From NCBI GenBank assembly GCA_965215195.1, contig CBDCDC010000002.1, positions 3,488,001 to 3,552,000 on the forward strand: a stretch of DNA of 64,000 bases, given 5' to 3'. The notes below the pieces were generated by a model. The model did not search any database and was not told the DNA's origin. It worked only from the letters and a program-made list of their open reading frames with translations. A program made the translations under genes and the position numbers. The stretch comes from Candidatus Latescibacterota bacterium. Its GTDB lineage: Bacteria > Latescibacterota > UBA2968 > UBA8231. Each line of letters starts with the position of its first letter. The stretch's first letter is position 1. Positions 17,653 through 26,525 of this stretch are shown here, piece after piece.

Positions 17653-19677
17653 GTGCATAAATGGTCCATTCTCATCGCGCTCGCGCTAACTACCGCACCA
17701 GCATCCGCTCAGATTTCGCTGTGGAAGCTGGGCGGCCAAGGCTTGGCTTGGAGCCGGAACGACAGCAGCGAAGTCTTTATCGACTTCGACACCTTTCCCG
17801 GCTCAATAGCACCGACCTACTTCGATGGCGAGGAGAACATTCTCTCCAAACTCCCCTTTTGGTCGCCCTTCAAGTTTCCCACCGACTTGGGCTACGAAGA
17901 CGGCCTCATTCCGCGAGTCTGGCGCGCGGCCAACGGCTTCTATTGGTTCACGGCCGGAACCCTGACGACCGAGTGGGTCGACGGCGACAGCTCTTCGTAC
18001 AGCCCGCCGGTGGCACGCGGCATCAACTCGGAATGGTACACCTTCGACGTAGGGGTCCCCGTGCCAGCCGACGTAGTCGGGTTCTACACGCCGCCGCATG
18101 GGTTCCGCGCCGACGGCACACTGCTGCGCGACGATATCTTCAAGGCATTTGAAGTCTCAATCGCCGAGGAATTCGATCCGGTCCTCAACTTGGAGAATGA
18201 CGACAACGACTATCACCGCCTAGAGAAGCTGGTCGCCGATGTGCCACTCAATTTCGACGCCAATATCCAACTCGAATTTCCCAAACAGTACGTGCGCTTC
18301 ATACGCCTACAGCGCAAGCCCTCCATCGACGACAAAGCCTTTGCCTCGGGCCAAGCCAATGTCCAGCAGGGAACCATTGGCGAGTTCGAGCTCAAGGGCG
18401 AAGGGGTGCCCAAGCGGGTATTTTACCTGTCTAAAATTATCTCCCTCGGCCGCACGGTGAATTTCGGGCGTCTTTTCTGGGACGCCGCCCCCATGCGAAT
18501 GGTCAATGGGGTTCCTACCCCCGTTGACGACGCCCAAGCCCGAGTCGCGATCTCCGTGCGCTCTGGCCGCGACGACGACCCCAATGTCTATCACGAATTT
18601 ACCGATACCGGGGCCGAGCGGACGGTCTCGCGCGAGCGTTTCGAGAACGAACTCAAGCAACCAGACCAGAATACCGACGGCCTAATCCAAGAGGGCAAAC
18701 CCGGCCTTAGAGCCTCAATCGCGTACGACCAAGACAACTGGACCTTCTGGTCATTTCCCCTCGCCGAGTCTGGGCAGCCCGCCCCGCTGGAGCGCGGCAA
18801 CCATATCCAAGTGAGACTCGCCTTCGAGAGCAGTTCCTTCTTCGACTTCGTGCGGCTCGACTCGCTGTGGGTTGAGATCGCACCGCCGCTGGCCTCGCAA
18901 GTCATAGGCGAGGTCGCCCGCTTTGACGAGCCAACGCCCGATGGCGGCCTAACCGAGGTGTACTTAGGTGAGATGACGGACTTTACTTACGATGTGCGCA
19001 CCCAATTCGACGCGGCGAGCCAGCCGGGCTTCGACGCGATCCGGATCCGCACAGGCAGCCGCCCCCGGTTCAAACAGCTAGCCATGGGCCAGCCACTCCA
19101 AGTACGAGAACCGACCGAGGTGATAGAAGGAGACAACGAACTAGTAGTGCATTTGCCACAGTCGGTCACGCGCAGCCGCAACGAACCGGTGCGGCTAGTC
19201 TTCGGCACCGAGGTTTTCATCTTTGCCAACACGTTCGCCGGCGAGGTGTTCGACACGAGCGAGGAGAGTCTGCCGCAGCAGATTGAGGCCGGCGACGCTA
19301 CCGACGCGGTCAACACCAACAGCTTGCGGGTCTTGGGTGGGGCCCAAGAAGCTGGGGCACCCATCGAAAACCTAGCTTTTTCAAGCGAGGTATTGACCCC
19401 CAACGGAGACGGTGCCAACGATGTGCTAGCCATCAGCTACACCTTGTTCCGCTTGCCCGCCCCGGTGCCCGTGGCCTTCAACATCTACGACTTGCGCGGC
19501 GTCCGGGTCGGCGGTCGCGAAATCGGAATGCAAAGTGCCGGGCCGCAAACCGTGCGATGGGACGGCCGCGGCGAGGGCGGCGAATTGCTGGCACCGGGTC
19601 TGTATCTGGTGGAAATCGCCCTCAAGTCGGAATTCAAAACCTTCCGCCACCAGCAGCCGCTGGGCTTGGCCTACTAG
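17653..19677 (+). CDS. Secreted hypothetical protein with C-terminal FlgD-Ig-like domain
   Basis: Signal peptide, discoidin-like YVRFIRL/IGEFEL segment, tail LTPNGDGAND...IYDLRG...WDGR...PGLYLV. Confidence 0.75.
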   Translation: MHKWSILIALALTTAPASAQISLWKLGGQGLAWSRNDSSEVFIDFDTFPGSIAPTYFDGEENILSKLPFWSPFKFPTDLGYEDGLIPRVWRAANGFYWFTAGTLTTEWVDGDSSSYSPPVARGINSEWYTFDVGVPVPADVVGFYTPPHGFRADGTLLRDDIFKAFEVSIAEEFDPVLNLENDDNDYHRLEKLVADVPLNFDANIQLEFPKQYVRFIRLQRKPSIDDKAFASGQANVQQGTIGEFELKGEGVPKRVFYLSKIISLGRTVNFGRLFWDAAPMRMVNGVPTPVDDAQARVAISVRSGRDDDPNVYHEFTDTGAERTVSRERFENELKQPDQNTDGLIQEGKPGLRASIAYDQDNWTFWSFPLAESGQPAPLERGNHIQVRLAFESSSFFDFVRLDSLWVEIAPPLASQVIGEVARFDEPTPDGGLTEVYLGEMTDFTYDVRTQFDAASQPGFDAIRIRTGSRPRFKQLAMGQPLQVREPTEVIEGDNELVVHLPQSVTRSRNEPVRLVFGTEVFIFANTFAGEVFDTSEESLPQQIEAGDATDAVNTNSLRVLGGAQEAGAPIENLAFSSEVLTPNGDGANDVLAISYTLFRLPAPVPVAFNIYDLRGVRVGGREIGMQSAGPQTVRWDGRGEGGELLAPGLYLVEIALKSEFKTFRHQQPLGLAY

Positions 19678-19692
19678 GCTCAGCCGCTCTCG

Positions 19693-20277
19693 ATGCCTGC
19701 TGGTATAAGCCGCCTGCGCGAAGACATTGTATTTGAAGAGACCCTCAGGGGGCGCACTTTCACCTTCCACTCTACTTGGGGTCTTTTCAACCCCAAGCGC
19801 ATTGACCTAGGTACGCGGCTGCTCATTGAGCACATCCAAGCCGGGCCTGCCGACCACTGCCTCGACTTAGGATGTGGATATGGTCCAATCGGCTTGGCAT
19901 TGGGTTATCTCTGCCCCGAGGGCGAGGTTCATCTGATCGACAAGGACTTCGTCGCTGTCGCCTACGCGGCGCAAAACGCCGAACGCAACGGGCTAACCAA
20001 TTGTCGCGCCTATTTGAGTAACGCCTTCAGCCACGTACCCGCACACCTGCGCTTTGACACCATTGCCTCCAATTTGCCCGCGAAAACAGGCAACGAACTT
20101 CTGACGCTCATCATGCACGACGCCTGCGCCCGCCTCAAACCGGGCGGGCACCTGTGGGTCGTCACCATTGCCGGGCTAAAGGAGTACATCAAGCGCAATT
20201 TCAAGGAAGTCTTCGGCAACTACAAAAAGGTCAAACAGCGGGGGACGTACCTATTATCTCTGGCAGTTAAAGAGTAG
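19693..20277 (+). CDS. Class I SAM methyltransferase (MTS/RsmC-like)
   Basis: GLFNPKRIDLGTRLL, LDLGCGYGPIG, SNLP. Confidence 0.88.
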   Translation: MPAGISRLREDIVFEETLRGRTFTFHSTWGLFNPKRIDLGTRLLIEHIQAGPADHCLDLGCGYGPIGLALGYLCPEGEVHLIDKDFVAVAYAAQNAERNGLTNCRAYLSNAFSHVPAHLRFDTIASNLPAKTGNELLTLIMHDACARLKPGGHLWVVTIAGLKEYIKRNFKEVFGNYKKVKQRGTYLLSLAVKE

Positions 20278-20292
20278 GGCCTCGGCTGCTTA

Positions 20293-20428
20293 GAAGCCCT
20301 AACAAAAAAGCCTGCGCCCGTGAAAACGGGTGACGCGGGAATGACATGGGCGGACAGGACGCCTGCGTTCCGAGGCTTCGATGTGAGCTCAGCCGAACGT
20401 ATCGCCCAGCAGGTTTTGTTAGAGTCTC
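20293..20428. mobile_element. MITE, copy 1 (IS5-like ends, TTA target duplication)
   Basis: Ends GAAGCCCTAACAAAA / TTTTGTTAGAGTCTC, TTA on both sides, non-coding, similar to 22819..22974. Confidence 0.75.
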
Positions 20429-20438
20429 TTAGAGAAAC

Positions 20439-21491
20439 TTATAGCAACTCCTCGTTTACTTCGACGCCAAATCCCGGGCCTTCAGGTACAACCAAGCGCC
20501 CCTCCTGCGGTTGCGGCTCACCCAGCCATAGCTTGTCGCGCACCGCACCGCGCCTACCCATGACTATTTCGGCCAAATTGTCGCCGTAGCCAGCCGCCAA
20601 AAAGTGCAGACCCCAAACCTCGCCGCCGCGGTGCGGCACCAAGGGGATGCCGTGGGCTTGGGCCAGCTTGGCAATGCGCAGCACCGCCGTCAAACCGCCG
20701 CACCAAGTGACGTCCGGTTGCCACAAATCCAGTGCCCGCACCTTGGCAATGTGACCAAAATCCCGGGCGGTGAATTCGTGTTCGCCTCCAGCCAACAAAA
20801 CGGGCTGGATCTGCGGACGCAACGCCGTCAAGCCGTCCAGATCGTCGGGCAGCAGCACGTCTTCAAACCAGTATATGTTGAATGGCGCGAGTTGTTGCGC
20901 TGCGGCCAAGGCAAAGTCGGGCGACCACGACATGTAGGCATCGATCATCAAGAGCGCGTCTTCGCCCAAGGTCTGGCGCGCCCCCTCGGCCCACCCAAAT
21001 ATCCGCGCTATGTCTACGGCTTCGCTTTCTCGCCGCGTCTGCGAAGACTTATGGGCATTAAAGCCCAAGTCGCGATACCAAGCGCAATCTGGGCCTGTGG
21101 CGTAGGCGCACACCTCGTCCCGCCGCCGACCGCCCAGCAAGTCGCAGACGGACTTTCCTTCGGCCCGGGCCAAGACATCCCATAGCGCCAAGTCCACGCC
21201 GCTGATGGCCATGACGGCGATGCCGCTGCGGCCGTAGGGCAGGCTGGCCTTGTATTGGTCGTCCCAGAGCCGGGCGACATCTTCAATGCCGTTGATGCTG
21301 CGCCCCACCAGCAACTCGCGCAAGTGGCGGTTGATCACCTCTGCGGCAGCAATCCCGCCGCCACCCGCTCCCCAACCACTGACGCCGACATCCGTATCTA
21401 TGCGTACGACCATCTGCCAGAAGTGTCGACGCCAAGCAGCGGGCGCGACGCGATAGCGGGGATAAATCGACCGCACTTGGGTTATTTTCAT
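20439..21491 (-). CDS. Mandelate racemase/muconate lactonizing enzyme family (L-rhamnonate dehydratase-like)
   Basis: AISGVDLALWD, LMIDAY, WFED, GGEHE, QPDVTWCGG, VPH, PEGPGFGVE. Confidence 0.88.
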   Translation of the reverse strand: MKITQVRSIYPRYRVAPAAWRRHFWQMVVRIDTDVGVSGWGAGGGGIAAAEVINRHLRELLVGRSINGIEDVARLWDDQYKASLPYGRSGIAVMAISGVDLALWDVLARAEGKSVCDLLGGRRRDEVCAYATGPDCAWYRDLGFNAHKSSQTRRESEAVDIARIFGWAEGARQTLGEDALLMIDAYMSWSPDFALAAAQQLAPFNIYWFEDVLLPDDLDGLTALRPQIQPVLLAGGEHEFTARDFGHIAKVRALDLWQPDVTWCGGLTAVLRIAKLAQAHGIPLVPHRGGEVWGLHFLAAGYGDNLAEIVMGRRGAVRDKLWLGEPQPQEGRLVVPEGPGFGVEVNEELL

Positions 21492-21589
21492 GCGTAACTC
21501 CTTGTGTACGTTTTGTTTTTATCGCCTTCCATTTTGGTAATCAGCCGCTTCGTGTCATATTATTTGAGGCTAGCCCGATCGTGGATTCA

Positions 21590-21628
21590 CTGGATTCCCG
21601 CTTGTCCCGCCTTGCGGCGCGGTGAAGC
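21590..21628. repeat. REP-like segment related to the MITE interior
   Basis: CTGGAT...GTCCCGCCT...GGCGCGGTGAAGC is shared with MITE copy 2. Confidence 0.5.
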
Positions 21629-21713
21629 GGCACAGAGCCGGCTTTTCAAAAGGGTTAGGGAATCAGTACATATCAAACACCTTGTATTTTAGATCCCATT
21701 ATAGGAACAGCCC

Positions 21714-22811
21714 ATGTCCTTAGGACACAACCTGAAAGAGCTGCGACAGCAACAATCGCTCAACCAGAAAGACCTCTCAGATCGCTCCGGCGTCTCCCAA
21801 GCCACCATCTCCCGCATTGAAACCGGCCGCGTACGCCAGCCGGGTTCGTCGGCTGTCAAAAGTTTAGCCGACGCCCTCGGCGTCTCGACAGATTCCCTAA
21901 TGGACGACAAGGTGCATTTGGCCCGAGTCCACAAAGACCGTTTGCAGCAAATCGCCGAGACCCTCAACGCCTTTGTCATTCGCGAAAACGGATCTTTGCT
22001 CTTCGTCAGCCAGACCTTGGCCGATTTATTGGGTTATCGCGGGGAAGAATTGCTAGCCAAAGACGGCATTGAGCTAATGTTCGCTCCCCAGTCCCGTCCC
22101 ACAACTCGGCACATGGTTGCCAGCGGCTCGTCCAATGCCTATGAAGTGCTCATGGTGCGCAGTGATAGCAGCTTTTTTCCCGTCGAGATCACCAACGTCA
22201 ACATCAGCGAAAAAGCGCACTTGGCCATTGTGCGCGACATTACCGCTCACTGCTGCCAGCAAGGGGCCTTCCGCGTCTTGCAGACTGGTTGCGAAACCGA
22301 AAAGGTGCGCGATCTAAGTAAGGTCGTGCGCATTCTCGGCGACGAGCTAGAGGCTATGGGTGTCCAATTCGAGGCGGTTGACCTACAGGTCATTGACGAA
22401 CCAAGAAACCTCTTGGCTTGCTATCGCGCCTATTCCGAAGCGCGTGGTTATCAATCGTCACAGAACGCGATAAATCTCCAAGAGTCGCTCGGTCATTTTG
22501 CCCCTCTGCGGAGACTGGTTAGCTACTGGCACCGCCGCAAGGTCTGGGTGCGCGAGGCCGACGAGACTTTTCTACAGATGACCCGAGATATTTTCTCGGA
22601 CCCGGTCTATCGCCCCGAACAGCTAATCGACGTGCCCTTTGCACAGGGGATGCTAGGTTTGGGGATACCCATGGGCTGGCCTAGACGCCCCGAACAGCTA
22701 GCGACCATATTGGGCGAGTTCGCCCGCTCTATCTCTTTGGTCGTTAAGCGGCTGTTTGAGCTTCAGTCGCTGCGCGAAAAGCTGGAGCGGCGGATAGGGA
22801 GTTGCAGATAG
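21714..22811 (+). CDS. XRE-family HTH plus PAS domain regulator
   Basis: LKELRQQQSLNQKDLSDRSGVSQATISRIETG (HTH). PAS-like LADLLGYRGEELL...VRSDSSFFPVEI...IVRDIT. Confidence 0.82.
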   Translation: MSLGHNLKELRQQQSLNQKDLSDRSGVSQATISRIETGRVRQPGSSAVKSLADALGVSTDSLMDDKVHLARVHKDRLQQIAETLNAFVIRENGSLLFVSQTLADLLGYRGEELLAKDGIELMFAPQSRPTTRHMVASGSSNAYEVLMVRSDSSFFPVEITNVNISEKAHLAIVRDITAHCCQQGAFRVLQTGCETEKVRDLSKVVRILGDELEAMGVQFEAVDLQVIDEPRNLLACYRAYSEARGYQSSQNAINLQESLGHFAPLRRLVSYWHRRKVWVREADETFLQMTRDIFSDPVYRPEQLIDVPFAQGMLGLGIPMGWPRRPEQLATILGEFARSISLVVKRLFELQSLREKLERRIGSCR

Positions 22812-22818
22812 CTTCTAA

Positions 22819-22974
22819 GAGGCCCTAACAAAACTGGATGTCCCGCCTAAAAGCCTGCGCCCGTGAAAAAACGGGTGGCGCGGTGAAGCCCACTTAAAGA
22901 TGCAGAGCCCGCGTTCTGAGGCTTCGACGTGAGCTCAGCCGAACGTATCGCCCAACGGGGTTTGTTAGAGTCTC
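22819..22974. mobile_element. MITE, copy 2 (TAA target duplication)
   Basis: Ends GAGGCCCTAACAAA / TTTGTTAGAGTCTC, TAA on both sides. Confidence 0.75.
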
Positions 22975-22979
22975 TAAGG

Positions 22980-24347
22980 CTAGGAGCGCACTTCTTCAGG
23001 GCGGACTTTCCGCTGGCCGGAGCGGCGCGGAGGGGCCTCTTTGATGTAGGGGCGATCTTCTCCGGCTTCTTCCATGCGTCTCAAGAGCCGTTCCTTCATT
23101 ACTTGGGCCGCTTCTCGGTGCGAATCGAGTCCGACTAGATTGTTCAGTTCGTAGGGATCAACCTGTAGATCGTAGAGATACTGCTCCTCGTAGTGATCGG
23201 CTCCTGCCACATCTCTTCCGCTTCCATCTGGAGCGTCCACCCCGTATTTCCACCGACGAGTGCGAACGGCCCGTCCCACTTGGGCTTCACTGATCTGCAC
23301 GAAGACCTCTGCGGGCCAATCAGCTACTCTACCGCGCAAAAGCGGCATGAGCGAACGGCCCTGCATCTGATCGGGAATTTTCAGACCGGCCGCATCCAAA
23401 AGAGTTGGCGGCAGGTCGATTAAGCTAACCAGCTCTTGCAATTGGCCGCCGCGAAAACTGGGGCCGGTCAAGACCGTCGGCACGCGGATCGAGCTTTCGT
23501 GACAAGAGCGCTTGTACTCGTTGTTGCGCGTCTTGAAGTGACAGCCGTGATCCGAAGTAAAGAGCACGATGGTGTCGTCGGCTAGTGCCAAGCTCTTGAG
23601 CGCGTCGTGCAGGCGACCATAGGCTTCATCAAGCCGCTTGACCATCCCGTAATAGCCACCTAAGTGCTGGTGAGTTGAGCCGGCCAGTGCCGCTAGATCC
23701 GGCGGGGTCCAGCCTCCGGTATAGATTTCCCGGTAGCCATCCGGGGGCGGATAGTCGTCCAAGTGATTCTGGTGATGGGGTTCAATATAGGAGACAAAAA
23801 GAAAAAAGGGACGATCTTGGTGTGCATCCACGTAGCGAATTGCAGCATCTGTGACCGCATCTACTCGATAACCAGGTAGGCGGACGGGTTGGTCATCATT
23901 GTCGTAGAGAACCGTACTATAGGCGTCGGAAGTAAATTCGAGCACATTCGACGCCAACCAGTACTGGTAGCCAAAGCGATCCGCTGCCGGCACCGGGCCG
24001 GTAGTCCCGCGCTCGTGTAGATGCCACTTGCCTATATATCCGGTGGCGTAGCCAGCCGCGGCAAAATAGTGGGCGAGGGTCTGGCTGTCCGCGGGCAAAG
24101 GGATGCCGTTGCGGTAACAGCCGGTAGTCGTGGCGTAGAGACCCGTTTGCAGACAAGAGCGGGCCGGGCCGCAGACGGGTTGGCACGTAAAAGAATGAGC
24201 CACGTGGGTGTACTCGCGGGCCAAGCGATCGAGATGAGGCGTAAGGCCCATCGGATTGCCGTGTAGCCCCGTTGTGTCCCAGCGCTGTTGATCCGTAAAA
24301 AAGACTATGACGTTTGGTTGTCTATTGCCTCCAGCCATTTTACCCAT
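22980..24347 (-). CDS. Sulfatase (FGly-dependent, Cys type)
   Basis: PNVIVFFTDQQRWD, CGPAR..QTG, GKWH, FTSDHG. Confidence 0.92.
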   Translation of the reverse strand: MGKMAGGNRQPNVIVFFTDQQRWDTTGLHGNPMGLTPHLDRLAREYTHVAHSFTCQPVCGPARSCLQTGLYATTTGCYRNGIPLPADSQTLAHYFAAAGYATGYIGKWHLHERGTTGPVPAADRFGYQYWLASNVLEFTSDAYSTVLYDNDDQPVRLPGYRVDAVTDAAIRYVDAHQDRPFFLFVSYIEPHHQNHLDDYPPPDGYREIYTGGWTPPDLAALAGSTHQHLGGYYGMVKRLDEAYGRLHDALKSLALADDTIVLFTSDHGCHFKTRNNEYKRSCHESSIRVPTVLTGPSFRGGQLQELVSLIDLPPTLLDAAGLKIPDQMQGRSLMPLLRGRVADWPAEVFVQISEAQVGRAVRTRRWKYGVDAPDGSGRDVAGADHYEEQYLYDLQVDPYELNNLVGLDSHREAAQVMKERLLRRMEEAGEDRPYIKEAPPRRSGQRKVRPEEVRS

Positions 24348-24361
24348 GTCTCCTTTTGCGC

Positions 24362-25684
24362 CTATGGCTCAAGCGTTTGATTTGCTGCGTACTGCAATTC
24401 TTCTACCACCTGTTCGACGTCTCCGCCTTCAATCGCCTCTACCATCGCCTCTTGAACCAACCGCCGCACTTGTTGATAGCCTGCCATCGTCGGCTCCGAT
24501 TTTCCGTAGTCCAACATTCCAAACGCCACTCCATAGTGCGGGTTTTCCTCGAAGTAGCTTTCCAACTCCCGCGCCGTACTTTTGCGCACTGGAAAGTAGT
24601 TGCTTGCCCGCACCCACCGCGCTTGTTGCTCCGGCGCAGTAAACCACTTGAGGAAAAGCCAAGCCGCTAGCTGTTTTTCGGGCGCACCAGCGCAAATCGA
24701 CACGCTGGCTCCGTACACGTCGACAACCGGCTTCGAGCCAGTCTGCGGCGGATGGGTTACTCCCCACTCGAACGTCAGTCCAGAGTCCTCAATGCCACTC
24801 TTGTAAAAGGGCAGCCCGGAGGAAGAATCCTGAGAGAAGAGGATCTGACCGGTGACGAACTCGTTTAGTTCGGCATCCCGTTCGCCGGCGATATGTATTG
24901 CGCCGTCCTGTGCTAGCTCCTGCATTAGCTCCAGTACCGCTTTAACTTCTGGCGAGTCCAGCGCATAGGTGGTGCCGGCCGCATCTACTAGGTCGCCGCC
25001 GCGGCTGAAGACCATCGCAGCGAATCGGCTGGCGTCAACATCGAGCAAAAAACCCAAGCTGTGCGCTGGGTCTTCGTTTTTGCTAAAGGGTTGCTCTTTG
25101 GCTAGGCGACACATCGCGGCAAAGTCGTCCCACGTCGCCGGTGGCTCGTCGTAGCCCAACTCGCGCAACCAATCAGCATTGTAGTAGAGCAGCTCCATTG
25201 AGCGATTCGGCGGGAAGCCGAGCTGCACTCCGGCGATGTTGTCCTGCTCTAGAAACGCTTGGACGTAGTCGCTGCGCTCTTCGGGCGACAGTCCCCATTC
25301 GGGCGAATCCATATAGGGTGCTATATCCACTATGCCGTCGGCTTGGTAGTAGGCTAGAGCCTGGTTTTGGTAGGCTACGACCAAGCTGGCAGCCAGCGAA
25401 CCGCTCTGGATACTCACGTTCATCTTGTTGTAGATGTCCCCATAGCGACCCACGTACTCGCCGCGGACCTCTATCCCATAGCGGTTCGTCTGGTTAAAGT
25501 CGGCAATCAGCTCCTGCAGGGCCTCTTCGCGCTCGCGGGTGTGTTGATACCAAAAGACGATTTTCTGTCCTTGCGGGTCGAGGGTTTCTAAACTGGTCTG
25601 CTGCTCGTAAACGGCCTCTTGCTGGCCGCCACAGGCCCCCAGCAGAGCGCACCCAATCAACGTCATCGCACTTTTCGGTTTCAT
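24362..25684 (-). CDS. Carbohydrate/glycerol-3-phosphate-type ABC substrate-binding lipoprotein
   Basis: Lipobox LLGAC after ATG 25684. LLYYNAD, PPATWDD, AAWLFLKW, YFPVRKS. Confidence 0.85.
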   Translation of the reverse strand: MKPKSAMTLIGCALLGACGGQQEAVYEQQTSLETLDPQGQKIVFWYQHTREREEALQELIADFNQTNRYGIEVRGEYVGRYGDIYNKMNVSIQSGSLAASLVVAYQNQALAYYQADGIVDIAPYMDSPEWGLSPEERSDYVQAFLEQDNIAGVQLGFPPNRSMELLYYNADWLRELGYDEPPATWDDFAAMCRLAKEQPFSKNEDPAHSLGFLLDVDASRFAAMVFSRGGDLVDAAGTTYALDSPEVKAVLELMQELAQDGAIHIAGERDAELNEFVTGQILFSQDSSSGLPFYKSGIEDSGLTFEWGVTHPPQTGSKPVVDVYGASVSICAGAPEKQLAAWLFLKWFTAPEQQARWVRASNYFPVRKSTARELESYFEENPHYGVAFGMLDYGKSEPTMAGYQQVRRLVQEAMVEAIEGGDVEQVVEELQYAANQTLEP

Positions 25685-25688
25685 CGCG

Positions 25689-26525
25689 TTATCCTTTGAG
25701 CCCAGATATGGAAATGCCTTCCGTGAATTCGCGCTGGATGAGAAAATACGCCAAGAGCACGGGAGCAGTCGCAATGACAGCCCCGGCCATTTGCAGATGG
25801 ACCTCGGTCCCAGCCTCACTGGCAAACTGCTGCAAGCCCACTGCGATCGGACGCCAATCCGGCGTATTAGTCACAAGCAAAGGCCAAGCCAACGCGTTCC
25901 ATGAACCAATAAACGTAAACATGCCGACCGTCAAGAGTGGTGCCCGGCACAGGGGGACCGCGATCTGAAACAGAAAGCGCACGTGGCCAGCTCCCTCAAT
26001 CCGGGCCGCATCCCACAGCTCGTTGGGCAGGCCCCGCATAAACTGACGCAACAGAAAAATGCTAAAAGCACTGGCCATAAAGGGAATGGTCAGGGCCGGC
26101 CAGCTATTGAGCCAAGCAAACGGCGTATTGCGGTGCAGCCAAGTCACGACGAGAAAGTTCGGCACGATGGTCACGGCCTCGGGGATCATCAGCGTAGCCA
26201 AGACCCCGGTAAACACCGCATCTCGTCCGCGGAACTGCATGCGCGCCAGTGGGTACGCCGCCATCAGCGAAAAAAGCAGGGTCCCGCTGACCTGTAGGAC
26301 GGCGATGATCAGGGAATTCTCAAAGTAGAGACCGAAATCCGCCTCTTGCCACGCTTCGATGTAATTGTCCCATTGGACGCGCTCGGGCAGCAAGACCCGC
26401 CGCAGCGTTTCCCCGCGGCTCATAAATGAGGCCAAAAGCATCCACGCGAACGGAAAGCTCGCAGCCAGCCCCCCCAAGCTCAAGACGCAGTAAATCAGCT
26501 TGGCTTTGCCGCCCCTAGTCGCCAT
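25689..26525 (-). CDS. Carbohydrate ABC permease
   Basis: EAA-like loop ELWDAARIEGA, FLLRQF, SWN. Confidence 0.9.
   Translation of the reverse strand: MATRGGKAKLIYCVLSLGGLAASFPFAWMLLASFMSRGETLRRVLLPERVQWDNYIEAWQEADFGLYFENSLIIAVLQVSGTLLFSLMAAYPLARMQFRGRDAVFTGVLATLMIPEAVTIVPNFLVVTWLHRNTPFAWLNSWPALTIPFMASAFSIFLLRQFMRGLPNELWDAARIEGAGHVRFLFQIAVPLCRAPLLTVGMFTFIGSWNALAWPLLVTNTPDWRPIAVGLQQFASEAGTEVHLQMAGAVIATAPVLLAYFLIQREFTEGISISGLKG

Noticed and set aside
20293-22974. Composite transposon formed by the two MITEs around the enolase and regulator genes
   Set aside because: Each MITE has its own different target duplication (TTA versus TAA), indicating independent insertions.
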